A stretch of DNA of 64,000 nucleotides from an uncultured Acidobacteriota bacterium (GTDB lineage: Bacteria > Acidobacteriota > Vicinamibacteria > Vicinamibacterales > CAVPJW01). The notes under the pieces are model-generated. The model was not told the origin of the DNA, made no database searches, and was given only the letters and a program-made list of their open reading frames with translations. Position numbers and translations under genes: made by a program. Positions 9,877 to 19,565 of the stretch are shown here, piece by piece (the first letter of the stretch is position 1; each line of letters starts with the position of its first letter). The stretch covers positions 162,241-226,240 of the forward strand of contig CAWGYQ010000002.1 in the NCBI GenBank assembly GCA_963826865.1, written 5' to 3'.

Positions 9877-11472
9877 CTAGTGGCGGAAGTGACGCCGCCC
9901 CGTGAACACCATGGCGAGGTGGTGCTCGTCGGCTGCCGCGATCACTTCGGCATCGCGTACCGAGCCACCCGGCTGCACGATCGCCGTGGCGCCTGCCGCG
10001 GCAATCTCGTCGACCCCGTCGCGAAACGGAAAGAACGCGTCTGACCCGGCGACCGAGCCCGCCAGCACCTGGCGATGCCCGGCAGTCCACCCCGACGCCT
10101 TGGTCACCGCCAGGCGCACCGCATCCACGCGGCTCATCTGACCCGCGCCAATCGCCAGAGTCTTTTCCTCATCGGTGAACACCACGGCGTTCGATTTCAC
10201 GTGAGCGGTGACGCGCCACGCGAAGCGCAACGCACGCCACTCCGGCCCGGTGGGAGCCCGGCGCGTCACGACACGGATGTCCGTTGAATTCTCGGGTGGC
10301 CACGCAGGGAACGCTTCGACAGCGGCGTCCCGCGTCTGGACGAGCACGGCGCCCATGATCGAGCGAAGCTCCTGCGTGACTGCCCTGCCCGCCTCGGATT
10401 CCTCCAGTACGACCACGCGGAGATTGGGCTTCGCGTGCAATATGCCCCTCGCGTCGACATCCACGGCCGGCGCCACGACGGCCTCGAGAAACGTGGCCGT
10501 GAGCGCGTTGGCCGTCGGCACGTCGATCGAACGGTTCAACCCCACGATGCCGCCAAAGGCCGAGAGCGCGTCGGCATCGCGCGCGCGCAGGTAGGCACCG
10601 GCAATCGAATCACCAATCGCCACGCCGCACGGATTGGTGTGCTTGATTACGGCAGCCGCCGGCTCGTCGAACTCGAGAACGATGCGTGCGGCTGCGTCGA
10701 GGTCGAGCAGGTTCGTGAACGAGAGCTCCTTGCCTTGAACGACCTGGGCGCCGCCGAACCCTGCCGGGGAGACCGACGCGTACCACGCCGCCGGCTGGTG
10801 CGGATTTTCGCCGTAGCGAAGGTCGCCCTTCTTGCGGAGGTCGAGCCGGAGGGGCTCCCCGCGCCCGGGATGACGCACGAAACGCGAATCACGAGCATCG
10901 AACTCTCCGAGCGTCGCGGCAATCGCGGCGTCGTAGGCCGCCGTGTGGGCAAAGGCCTTTCTCGCGAGCTCCAGTCGGAACGCCAGGTCGCGGTTGCCCC
11001 GACGGTCGATCTCGGCGAGCACCGCGTCGTAGTCGTCGGGGGACACGACGACCAGGACGTCCTCAAAATTCTTGGCGGCCGCCCTGATGAGACCGGGGCC
11101 ACCGATGTCGATCTGTTCAATCAGGTCGTGGAACGGGATATCGGGATTCGAGGCGGTCCGAACAAACGGGTACAGGTTGACGACGACCAGATCGATCAGC
11201 CCGATGCCGTGCGCCTCTGCCGCCTCCAGGTCGGCGGCCACGCCCCGGCGGGCGAGGATGCCGCCATGGACGCGCGGATGGAGCGTCTTCACACGGCCGT
11301 CCATCATCTCGGGGAACCCCGTGAGCTCGCTAACGCCGAGGACCCGCAGGCCGGCTGCCTGGAGGGCGGCGGCCGTGCCGCCGGTGGAAACCAGCTCCAT
11401 GCCGCGGGCGGCCAGCCCACGGGCGAACTGCGGGAGTCCCGTCTTGTCAGAGACGCTGAGTAGGGCGCGCAC
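9877..11472 (-). CDS. purH: bifunctional AICAR transformylase / IMP cyclohydrolase
   Basis: 531-aa ORF (GTG). MGS-like N-terminus [11 protein letters not shown] and the AICARFT motif [13 protein letters not shown]. Confidence 0.93.
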   Translation of the reverse strand: MRALLSVSDKTGLPQFARGLAARGMELVSTGGTAAALQAAGLRVLGVSELTGFPEMMDGRVKTLHPRVHGGILARRGVAADLEAAEAHGIGLIDLVVVNLYPFVRTASNPDIPFHDLIEQIDIGGPGLIRAAAKNFEDVLVVVSPDDYDAVLAEIDRRGNRDLAFRLELARKAFAHTAAYDAAIAATLGEFDARDSRFVRHPGRGEPLRLDLRKKGDLRYGENPHQPAAWYASVSPAGFGGAQVVQGKELSFTNLLDLDAAARIVLEFDEPAAAVIKHTNPCGVAIGDSIAGAYLRARDADALSAFGGIVGLNRSIDVPTANALTATFLEAVVAPAVDVDARGILHAKPNLRVVVLEESEAGRAVTQELRSIMGAVLVQTRDAAVEAFPAWPPENSTDIRVVTRRAPTGPEWRALRFAWRVTAHVKSNAVVFTDEEKTLAIGAGQMSRVDAVRLAVTKASGWTAGHRQVLAGSVAGSDAFFPFRDGVDEIAAAGATAIVQPGGSVRDAEVIAAADEHHLAMVFTGRRHFRH

Positions 11473-11515
11473 GATGAAATCGGAGGGAATCAGGACGGAC
11501 GGCCGGCGGAGACTC

Positions 11516-11545
11516 TTGACACAGATGAGCCGGCGTCATTATTAT
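11516..11545 (+). promoter_or_regulatory. near-consensus sigma70 promoter of cspA
   Basis: TTGACA (11516-11521), 18-nt spacer, TATTAT (11540-11545). Predicts a leader of about 145 nt before ATG 11696, as is typical for cold-shock genes. Confidence 0.5.
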
Positions 11546-11695
11546 CACCATGGCGCCATGAGGCTTGGCGCTGGAAGTCGAGGCCGCATCTGCGCGGTCT
11601 TTTTTTGTGCCCACCAGATTCTTGGCGAGCCGGGGGGCATGGTCGAACGGCGCGGCGCCGGACGCCGCGCGAACAGCAAGGCAGGAAGAAGAACG

Positions 11696-11902
11696 ATGCG
11701 TATCACAGGTAAGGTCAAGTGGTTCAACAACGCGAAGGGTTACGGATTCATCGAGCGTGACGGAGGCAGCGACGTTTTCGTCCACTACTCGGCCATCCAG
11801 GGCGCCGGTTTCCGGTCGCTCGAGGAAGGACAGGTCGTGGAGTTCGAGATTGTCGACGGCCCCAAGGGCCCGCAGGCCGGCAACGTGACCAAGCCCTCCT
11901 AA
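11696..11902 (+). CDS. cspA: cold-shock protein (CspA family)
   Basis: 68 aa. RNP1 KGYGFI within [19 protein letters not shown], and RNP2 DVFVHYS. Confidence 0.93.
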   Translation: MRITGKVKWFNNAKGYGFIERDGGSDVFVHYSAIQGAGFRSLEEGQVVEFEIVDGPKGPQAGNVTKPS

Positions 11903-11915
11903 CACCCCGGAGTCT

Positions 11916-11941
11916 GCCGGGCGCCCCTCGGGGCGCCCGGC
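11916..11941 (+). terminator. GC-rich hairpin terminator after cspA (no U-tract)
   Basis: GCCGGGCGCCC-ctcg-GGGCGCCCGGC gives an 11-bp perfect stem starting 14 nt after the TAA stop. It is followed by GCTCAATAC rather than a T-run. Confidence 0.5.
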
Positions 11942-12149
11942 GCTCAATACTCCCACGTCACGCCTTTCAATCCCCGCGCCGTAAAGCTCCCCGCCCGTCC
12001 CTGACCGCCACGCGAAACGCCTCTTCAGGATTGCCGCGGTGTCTGAGCTGGGCCACCTGGCTGGTCACGAGCAAGGCGGTTGCGCAAGTCGGGCTCAAGC
12101 CGCTTCAAGTCGCGTTCAATCTCGGAGGGCTCGGGCACGCCAGCACGAC

Positions 12150-12632
12150 CTAGCGGAGGAGAGCCCAGACCAGCGGGAGCCACAGCTCGCGCGCATAGGG
12201 GATGGGACGATCATCGACGAGCACTTCGCACTCATGGTACGGGCCGACGACCTCGAAGAGCTGCCGCAGCTTGGCCGCGTCAGTCGACCAGAAGCGGGCA
12301 CGATGCCGGAAGCTGTCGCCGGAGCCGGTTTCGCGGTACTCACTGGCCTTCTTCGCGAGCGCGACCGCCTCGTCATAGTCGGGCGAGTCGAGACGAGGAA
12401 AGACGAGCGTGATCGAAAAGGGATATCCGGGCGGACCGAAGAGCGCCGTGAACAACTCAGGATCGAGCGAAGCCAGTTCTTCATCGCTCGGATCCTCCGG
12501 CACGTCTACATACGGCCAGAATCGCTCCGACGGCCGATATGTCGGCAGCTCGTCCTGGGAACGCGCAGGATCGGCAGCCCGGGAATCTGGTTTCTGAGGA
12601 CCGGGGTCGCGATTCGATGATGGGCGATCCAT
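12150..12632 (-). CDS. hypothetical protein (160 aa), Pro/Asp-rich N-terminus
   Basis: Protein-like composition only from Met at 12632 (MDRPSSNRDPGPQKPD...LWLPLVWALLR). The upstream part of the 348-aa ORF overlaps selA and is Arg/Ala-rich GC artefact. I recognise no family. Confidence 0.45.
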   Translation of the reverse strand: MDRPSSNRDPGPQKPDSRAADPARSQDELPTYRPSERFWPYVDVPEDPSDEELASLDPELFTALFGPPGYPFSITLVFPRLDSPDYDEAVALAKKASEYRETGSGDSFRHRARFWSTDAAKLRQLFEVVGPYHECEVLVDDRPIPYARELWLPLVWALLR

Positions 12633-12773
12633 GGATGAGTGCTCTGGCGGCGAGAGCGATCCGCGAGCGTCTGTCGTCGCTGCCGGCCGCCCTCGAACGG
12701 GCACGAAACGCGATGATGGTATCCTGACAGCGCGCGAACGGGCAAGCGCGCCCGCCTCGCGCACCTGCCTCGC

Positions 12774-14195
12774 ATGACGTCTCGATCCCGCAAGCCAGCC
12801 GCCGGTGCGCGGGCGATCCCCTCCATCGATCGCCTGCGGCAGAGCGATCGTGTGCGCGCGCTCGAAGCGCGCTACGGAGGCTCGGAAGTCGTCGCCGCAC
12901 TTCGTGCGGAGACTGCTCTGCTGCGCAGCCAGCTGCACGTGGCGGGTGACGCCGAGCGCCGGTCGAGCGACACCCTCATCGCAGCGCTTGAAGACGGCAC
13001 GGAAGCGCGTCTCGCCTCGCTCTTTCGTCCGTCGCTCAGGCGCGTGATCAACGCCACCGGCGTCATCGTCCATACCAACCTCGGACGGGCGCCGCTGGCG
13101 CCTCGGGCCGCGACCAGCGTGGCTGACCTGGCAGGACGGTACACGAATCTCGAATACGACCTCGAGCGCGGAACGCGCGGGTCGAGACATCAGCACGCCG
13201 AATCGCTCGTCTGCCGACTGACGGGTGGGGACGCCGCGGTCGTCGTCAACAACAACGCCGCTGCCACCCTCGTCGCGCTCGCCGCGCTGGCTTCCTCACG
13301 TGAGGTGGTGATTTCCCGAGGTGAGCTGGTCGAGATCGGCGGCGGTTTTCGCATACCCGACGTGATGGCCCAATCCGGTGCGGTGCTGCGCGAAGTAGGC
13401 ACCACCAACCGGACGCGGGCGGCCGACTACGCCGCAGCCATCAACGAACGGACGGCGATGATTCTCCGCGTGCACCCGTCGAACTTCCGGATGGAGGGCT
13501 TCACCGAGAGGCCGTCGCTCGAATCGCTCGTCTCGCTCGGACAGAGCTTCGGCGTCGTGGTCTGCGAGGATCTGGGCAGCGGCAACCTGGCGACGGGAGA
13601 GGGCTCCGCGGTCACCGCCGAGGAACCAACCGTCCAGGCCAGTCTGTCGGCGGGAGTCGATCTCGTCTGGTTCAGCGGCGACAAGATGCTCGGCGGCCCC
13701 CAGGCGGGCATCATTGTCGGAAGAGCGCCGTTGGTGGAGCGCATTCGCGCTCACTCGCTGATGCGCGCCCTGCGCGTGGACAAGATGACCTACGCAGCTC
13801 TCGAAGCCACTCTCCTGGAGTACTTAGCGGGGCGAGCCGGCGAGGTTCCCGTGATGCGCATGATGGGGATGAACACCGAGGAGATCGAGCGGCGCTGTCG
13901 ATGGCTGGCCGCTCAGCTCGAAGGCTCCGGCGTCGAAACGCGCGTGGTCGAGGGAGCGTCGACCATCGGCGGCGGCAGCGCTCCGGGCGCCTTGATTCCC
14001 ACCAGGCTGCTCCAGGTCCACCAGCCCGGCTGGTCCGCCGATCGCCTGGACGCCGCCATGCGCGCGCGCGACGTGCCCGTGATTGCGCGCATCGATCATG
14101 ACCGCGTCGTGATCGATCTCAGAACCGTCCTTCCCGACGAGGACGCGCTCCTCGCACAGGCGTTAGGTGCAATTGCCGAGTCCGCGCGCGGGTAG
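12774..14195 (+). CDS. selA: L-seryl-tRNA(Sec) selenium transferase (selenocysteine synthase)
   Basis: 473-aa ORF (ATG). SelA N-terminal IPSIDRLRQ and the PLP-lysine context FSGDKMLGGPQAGIIVG. Confidence 0.9.
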   Translation: MTSRSRKPAAGARAIPSIDRLRQSDRVRALEARYGGSEVVAALRAETALLRSQLHVAGDAERRSSDTLIAALEDGTEARLASLFRPSLRRVINATGVIVHTNLGRAPLAPRAATSVADLAGRYTNLEYDLERGTRGSRHQHAESLVCRLTGGDAAVVVNNNAAATLVALAALASSREVVISRGELVEIGGGFRIPDVMAQSGAVLREVGTTNRTRAADYAAAINERTAMILRVHPSNFRMEGFTERPSLESLVSLGQSFGVVVCEDLGSGNLATGEGSAVTAEEPTVQASLSAGVDLVWFSGDKMLGGPQAGIIVGRAPLVERIRAHSLMRALRVDKMTYAALEATLLEYLAGRAGEVPVMRMMGMNTEEIERRCRWLAAQLEGSGVETRVVEGASTIGGGSAPGALIPTRLLQVHQPGWSADRLDAAMRARDVPVIARIDHDRVVIDLRTVLPDEDALLAQALGAIAESARG

Positions 14196-14247
14196 CCGCG
14201 CACACCACGGCCATCGGTCGCACGGATTTCGATCTCCTCCAAGACGT

Positions 14248-15691
14248 TCAGAACAGCGTCGAAATGGATTGAGCGGCGAGGGCAAGCACTCGCGTCGGCA
14301 GCACGCCGAGATACAGGACGAGCGCGACCGACACGCCGAGGGCCGCGCGCGGGCCGGTCGTCAGCGTCTGGGTCGGCGGTGCGACCACCGGATCGGCCAT
14401 GTACATCATGACGACGACGCGCAGATAGAAGAAGACCGCGACCACGCTCGTGAGGACGCCGACGATGGCCAGGCCGTAGGATCCGGTGCTGACGGCCGCC
14501 CCGAACACAGACCACTTGGCGACGAAGCCTGCGGTTGGCGGCACGCCGCCGAGGGACAGCAGGAAGATGGTCAAGAGGGCCGCCATGCCCGGACGGCTCT
14601 GCCAGAGTCCTGCGAAGTCCCGCAGGTCGTCGAATCGCCGCTCCTCGGATCCGAGGAGCGCGAGCACCCCGAAGGCGCCAAGGTTGGTCACGGCGTACGC
14701 GAGCAGATAGAACAGAATGGCACCCTTGCCCATCTCGTTGCCGGCGACGAGCGCGATGAGAATGTACCCGGCGTGCGCGATGCTCGAGTAAGCCAGCATC
14801 CGTCTCACGCTGGTCTGCGCCACGCCGACGACGGTGCCCAGGATCATGGTCGCCACCGCAATCGCTGACACGACGGGCGCCCAGTCGGGCCGGAGAGGCT
14901 CGAGGGCCGAGAGAAACACCCGGGCAAAGGCGGCGAACGCCGCGGCCTTTACGCCGGTCGACATGAAGGCCGTGACGACAGTGGGCGCCCCTTCGTACGC
15001 GTCAGGTGTCCACATGTGGAACGGCACGGCTGAAACCTTGAACGCGAACCCGACCAGGAGCAGCCCGAGCCCCAGGAGGACCAGTGGATCGTCCACCATG
15101 GCCTGCGCGGCCAGCGCGGTGCCGATGCGATCCAGGCGCGTGCTTCCGGACGTACCGTAGATGAACGCCACGCCGTAGAGAAAAAACGCGCTGGAAAAGG
15201 CCCCCAGCAGAAAGTTACTTGAACGCCGCCTCCGGGCCCCTGGCGGACTCCCGGCGAATGCCGGTCAGCACGTAGACGCCGATGGACAGCACCTCGAGCG
15301 CCAGGAAGATCACGAGTAGATCTGTCGCCGTCGCCATGAGAATCATCCCGCTCACGGTGAACAGCAGAAGGGCGTAGTAGTCACCCACCGGGAGCCGATC
15401 GCGATCGACGACACCCGCCGAGAGACCAACCGTGAGCGCGCCAACCAAGAGGATGATGAGCGTCGTGAAGAGGCCGAAATTGTCGGCGGCGACCACGCCG
15501 AAGCTGCTCGTCTGCCGGTCCCACAGCAGAATGGACACCGAGGCGGCGCCAGCAAAGCCGATCATGGCCAGGGCGCCCATCGGGGGACGCTCGTCGCCCT
15601 CCCGAAAGGCCTCGGCGATCATCGCGGCCAGGGCCGCCGCCACGACGCAGGTCATCGGGAAAACGGCGTTGAACGACGGAGCGATCATCAT
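14248..15691 (-). pseudogene. nuoN: NADH-quinone oxidoreductase subunit N, reading frame broken by a 1-nt insertion at 15214-15218
   Basis: Two ORFs (15691-15215 and 15211-14248) together give a full NuoN. The span is 1444 nt, i.e. 481 codons plus 1 nt. Coding strand reads ...GCG TTC AAG TAA C TTT CTG CTG GGG..., whereas the conserved motif is ...AAFKYFLLGAFSSAFFLYG. The ATG at 15691 overlaps the nuoM stop (ATGA). Confidence 0.85.
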
Positions 15692-17250
15692 CGGGTCCCC
15701 CGCTCCGTCGTGACGTGGATCATGTGCCCGTCGCCGGGACGCTGAACGCGGAAAGGCCGCTCGCCCTGCACGCGTCCCACCAGCCGCTCGACCGAGGCTT
15801 CCATCGGGCGGAGAAAGATCGCCGGAACGATCCCCATCAAGATCGCGACGACCACGGCAGGTATCAGCATCCACGCCTCACGCACGGACAAATCAGGCAG
15901 GTGGCGGTTCTTGTCGTTCGAAATGGTGCCGTAGTTGACGCGCTGGAACATCCAGAGCATGTAGACGGCGGAGAGCACGATACCGGATGCCGCGACGGCC
16001 GCCATCCACGGGTCCCACCGGAAGGCGCCGACCAGAATCAGGAACTCGCCGACGAAGCCGTTGAGACCGGGTAATCCGATCGACGACAACGTGATGAGGA
16101 GGAACACGGCCGTCAGGCGTGGCATCACCTGCTTGAGCCCGCCGAACTCGACGATGAGCCTCGTATGCCGGCGATCGCTCAGCATGCCGACGATGAGGAA
16201 GAGCGCGCCGGTGCTGACGCCGTGGTTGAGCATCTGGTACACGGCGCCCTGCACTCCCTGTACGTTCATCGCCGCGATGCCGAGCACCACGAACCCGAGG
16301 TGGCTCACGCTCGAATACGCGACGAGCTTCTTGAGATCGGGCTGGACCATCGCCACCAGCGCGCCGTACACGATGCCGATCACGGCCAGCCCGGCGAGGT
16401 AGGGCGCAAAATAGGTGCCGGCAATCGGAAACAACGGGAACGCGAAGCGGACGAACCCGTAGGTCCCCATCTTCAACAGCACGCCGGCCAGGATGACGGA
16501 CCCGGCGGTGGGCGCCTGCACGTGCGCGTCGGGCAGCCACGTGTGGAACGGGAAGAGCGGCACCTTGATGGCGAAGGCCAGACCAAAGGCCAGGAAGAGC
16601 CAGAACTGCACTCCCGGCGGGAGCGAAAGCTCCTGCAGCTTGAGGAGATCGAAGCTGAGGGCGCCGGTGGAGACCTGGTGAAAATAGCCGAGCGCGATGA
16701 TGGCCACGAGCATCAGCACGCTGCCCGCCATGGTGTAGAGGATGAACTTGACGGCCGCGTAGATGCGCCGGTCGTAGCCCCAGATCCCGATCAGAAAGTA
16801 CAGCGGGATCAGCATCGCGTCCCAGAAGAGATAGAACAGGAACAGATCGAGCGACACGAAGACGCCGATCATGGCGGCCTCGAGCACCAGCACCAGCGCC
16901 GAGAACTCGCGCACCTTCTTGTGCACCGACTCCCAGGACGACAGGAGCGCGAGCGGCGTGAGAAAGCCCGTCATCACGATCAGGAGCAGGCTGATGCCGT
17001 CGACACCCACGAAGTAGTCGACGCCGAAGGACGGAATCCAGGCGTGACGTTCCATGAACTGGAAGCCGCCCTCGGTGGGCACGAAGCGGTTCCAGAGCAG
17101 CAGCGTCTGCCCGAAGACGACCAGCGACACGAGGAGCGACACGCGTCGGATCAGGGTATTGCGGGACCCGTCGCGATTGCCGATGAGCAGCAGCATCACG
17201 GCTCCCAGCACCGGGACGATGACGAGCGAGGAGAGGATCGGAAATCTCAT
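15688..17250 (-). CDS. nuoM: NADH-quinone oxidoreductase subunit M
   Basis: 520-aa polytopic ORF of the ND4/NuoM family (…FHTWLPDAHVQAPTAGSVILAGVLLKMGTYG…). Lies between nuoL and nuoN. Confidence 0.9.
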   Translation of the reverse strand: MRFPILSSLVIVPVLGAVMLLLIGNRDGSRNTLIRRVSLLVSLVVFGQTLLLWNRFVPTEGGFQFMERHAWIPSFGVDYFVGVDGISLLLIVMTGFLTPLALLSSWESVHKKVREFSALVLVLEAAMIGVFVSLDLFLFYLFWDAMLIPLYFLIGIWGYDRRIYAAVKFILYTMAGSVLMLVAIIALGYFHQVSTGALSFDLLKLQELSLPPGVQFWLFLAFGLAFAIKVPLFPFHTWLPDAHVQAPTAGSVILAGVLLKMGTYGFVRFAFPLFPIAGTYFAPYLAGLAVIGIVYGALVAMVQPDLKKLVAYSSVSHLGFVVLGIAAMNVQGVQGAVYQMLNHGVSTGALFLIVGMLSDRRHTRLIVEFGGLKQVMPRLTAVFLLITLSSIGLPGLNGFVGEFLILVGAFRWDPWMAAVAASGIVLSAVYMLWMFQRVNYGTISNDKNRHLPDLSVREAWMLIPAVVVAILMGIVPAIFLRPMEASVERLVGRVQGERPFRVQRPGDGHMIHVTTERGTR

Positions 17251-17260
17251 GCGTTCCCGG

Positions 17261-19261
17261 CTAGAGCCACAGGTACCAGCCCAGAATCACGATGACGCCC
17301 AGCAGCACCGACGCCGCATAGCTCCGCACGGAGCCCGTCTGCAGCCGGCGCAGGCCGGCGGCGCACTGTTCAACCAGGGTTCCGGCACCGTTCACCGCTC
17401 CGTCGATGACGCCCACGTCGATGCCCCGCCACAGAGCTTCCTCCGACACAATCCGAATCGGCCGCACGAGCGCAGTATCGTAGATTTCGTCCACGTAGTA
17501 CTTGTTCAGCAGCAGCCCGTACAGCGACGGAAACCGCGCGCGCAGGGCGGCGGCACTACCGGGCCGGCGCAGGTAGACATGCGCCGCGAGGCCAATCCCG
17601 GCGAGCGCAATGAGGGCCGAGAGCAGCGTGAGCCCCCGCTCGAGCGACACGTCCTCGGTCAGATGGTCCTCGACGACCCACTCCGCGCCGTCGGCTTCGC
17701 GGTGCGGCGCCGCAAAGCTCGGCGCGAGCCATTGCTCGATCCGGTTGTCTCCACCGAGCGCGTGCGTCACGCCGATATAACCCGCGACGACCGAGCCAGC
17801 CGCGAGCAGCACGAGCGCGAACGCCATGGCGCGTGGCGCATCGTGCATATGGTTCCCGCCGTGGGGAGCGTCGGTGCCAGTGGCGCCATGCGGCGCCGCG
17901 TGGCTCGCATGGTTGGACCGGGTCACATCCGCCGGCTGACCGTGAAAAGCCAGAAACACCAGCCGAAACATGTAGAAGGCCGTGAGCAGCGCCGTGAGCA
18001 CGCCAACCAGCCACAGGACGGTGTGCCCCGACGCGAAGGTGCGGAACAGAATCTCGTCCTTGCTGAAGAACCCGGCGAGCCCCGGCACGCCGGCAACTGC
18101 CAGCGCGCCAATGAGAAACGTCCAGTACGTCACCGGCAGAGCGGTGCGCAACCCACCCATCCGGCGAAGGTCCTGCTCGCCGCCGAGCGCGTGAATCACA
18201 GCCCCCGCGCCGAGGAACAGGAGCGCCTTGAAGAAGGCGTGCGTGAAGAGATGGAAAATGCCCGCGGTGTAGGCGCCCACGCCCATCGCCAGAAACATGT
18301 ACCCGAGCTGCGACACGGTGGAATAGGCCAGCACGCGCTTGATGTCGTTCTGCACAAGGGCAATGGTGGCCGCCATCAGCGCGGTCACGGCGCCAATCAC
18401 CGCCACCACGAGCAGCACTTCGGGGGTGTGCGAGAAGAGCACGGCGTTCCGGCCAATCACATACACGCCCGCGGTGACCATCGTGGCGGCGTGGATCAGG
18501 GCGGAGACCGGCGTGGGCCCTTCCATCGCGTCGGGCAGCCACACGAACAGGGGAATCTGCGCCGACTTGCCCGTGGCACCCACGAAGAGCAGCAGCGCGA
18601 TCGCGGATACCGTTCCGAATGCCGCCTCCGGCGCGAGCGGCGCGAGCTCCGACGCCATCGCCTGCATATCGAGCGTCCCGAAATGAGCAAACGCCAGCAG
18701 CATGCCGAGCACGAACCCGAAGTCGCCGATGCGGTTGACGATGAACGCTTTTTTCCCGGCGTCGGCGGCGGCGCGCTTCTGGTACCAGAAGCCAATCAGG
18801 AGGTACGAGCAAAGCCCCACGCCCTCCCACCCCACGAAGAGGACCAGCAGGTTGGCGCCGAGCACGAGCAGGAGCATGAAGGCGGCGAAGAGATTGAGAT
18901 AGGAAAAGTACCGCGCGTACTCGCTGTCGGACTCGTCGTGCATGTACGCGGTCGAGTAGATGTGGATGAGCGATCCGATGCCCGTGATCACCAGAATCAT
19001 CAGGGACGCCAGCGGATCCAGGTACAGCGACAGCGGCACCTCGAAATCGCCTGATACGATCCACGGGTAGAGCGTCTGCCTGACGGCTCGTGATTCCGGC
19101 GCCAGGCCGAACAGCGACGCCACCGCCGCCACCGACAACCCGAACGACGCCAGCATCGCCCCGCAGGCCACGCTTCCCGACACGGCCTTCGGCAACCGCC
19201 GCCCGAATGCGGCATTGACGAGGAATCCGGCGAACGGAGCGAGAGGAATCAGCGCCAGCAC
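17261..19261 (-). CDS. nuoL: NADH-quinone oxidoreductase subunit L
   Basis: 666-aa ORF of the ND5/NuoL family (…WLPDAMEGPTPVSALIHAATMVTAGVY…) with a long C-terminal extension. Confidence 0.9.
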   Translation of the reverse strand: MLALIPLAPFAGFLVNAAFGRRLPKAVSGSVACGAMLASFGLSVAAVASLFGLAPESRAVRQTLYPWIVSGDFEVPLSLYLDPLASLMILVITGIGSLIHIYSTAYMHDESDSEYARYFSYLNLFAAFMLLLVLGANLLVLFVGWEGVGLCSYLLIGFWYQKRAAADAGKKAFIVNRIGDFGFVLGMLLAFAHFGTLDMQAMASELAPLAPEAAFGTVSAIALLLFVGATGKSAQIPLFVWLPDAMEGPTPVSALIHAATMVTAGVYVIGRNAVLFSHTPEVLLVVAVIGAVTALMAATIALVQNDIKRVLAYSTVSQLGYMFLAMGVGAYTAGIFHLFTHAFFKALLFLGAGAVIHALGGEQDLRRMGGLRTALPVTYWTFLIGALAVAGVPGLAGFFSKDEILFRTFASGHTVLWLVGVLTALLTAFYMFRLVFLAFHGQPADVTRSNHASHAAPHGATGTDAPHGGNHMHDAPRAMAFALVLLAAGSVVAGYIGVTHALGGDNRIEQWLAPSFAAPHREADGAEWVVEDHLTEDVSLERGLTLLSALIALAGIGLAAHVYLRRPGSAAALRARFPSLYGLLLNKYYVDEIYDTALVRPIRIVSEEALWRGIDVGVIDGAVNGAGTLVEQCAAGLRRLQTGSVRSYAASVLLGVIVILGWYLWL

Positions 19262-19268
19262 GGCCGCA

Positions 19269-19565
19269 TCACCACTTGAGCGAGGTAAAGGCGTCGGGGT
19301 TGAGTGATTCGCGCACCCGGAAGAGCGCGATCACGATGGCCAGGCCGACAGCGGCCTCGGCAGCCGCCACGGTCATGACGAAGAACACGATGATCTGCCC
19401 GTCGAGCGAGCCGAGCGCCCGCCCGAAGGCCACGAACGCCAGATTGGTTGCGTTCAACATGATCTCGATCGACAGGAGAATCGTGATCAGGTTGCGGCGC
19501 AGGAACACGCCGGCCGTGCCGATAGCGAAGAGGACGCCGGAGAGTACCAGGTAGTGCGACAACAT
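19269..19565 (-). CDS. nuoK: NADH-quinone oxidoreductase subunit K
   Basis: 98-aa ORF with three TM segments (…IMLNATNLAFVAF…AAAEAAVGLAIV…). Its ATG overlaps the nuoJ stop. Confidence 0.9.
   Translation of the reverse strand: MLSHYLVLSGVLFAIGTAGVFLRRNLITILLSIEIMLNATNLAFVAFGRALGSLDGQIIVFFVMTVAAAEAAVGLAIVIALFRVRESLNPDAFTSLKW

Noticed and set aside
12025-12138. Small minus-strand ORF (VPEPSEIERDLKRLEPDLRNRLARDQPGGPAQTPRQS) just downstream of the 160-aa orphan gene, possibly a frameshifted continuation
   Set aside because: It is only 37 codons with a weak GTG start. There is no homology I can recognise, no GTAC or other indel signature at the junction, and the upstream gene has a plausible natural end.
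12633-13196. Upstream part of the 348-aa minus-strand ORF, overlapping selA
   Set aside because: Its composition is Arg/Ala/Gly-rich and it overlaps the conserved SelA N-terminus on the other strand. The protein-like sequence begins only at Met 12632.
15211-15220. Programmed +1 frameshifting or quadruplet (TAAC) decoding at the nuoN and phosphoesterase breaks
   Set aside because: The five breaks have different forms (TAAC twice, TACC, TACT, and one deletion). There is no slippery heptamer, no upstream Shine-Dalgarno-like stimulator and no downstream structure. The genes affected are unrelated. A DNA-level, motif-linked cause explains all of them better.
17054-19054. Very long antisense or alternative-frame ORFs. 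Examples: 17054-19054 opposite nuoL, 60058-62511, 45206-46912, 40993-42357, 50079-51902 and 53232-55094.
   Set aside because: Their translations are dominated by Arg, Ala, Gly and Pro, have no recognisable motifs, and lie opposite or out of frame with clearly conserved genes. This is the expected behaviour of stop-codon-poor frames in high-GC DNA.
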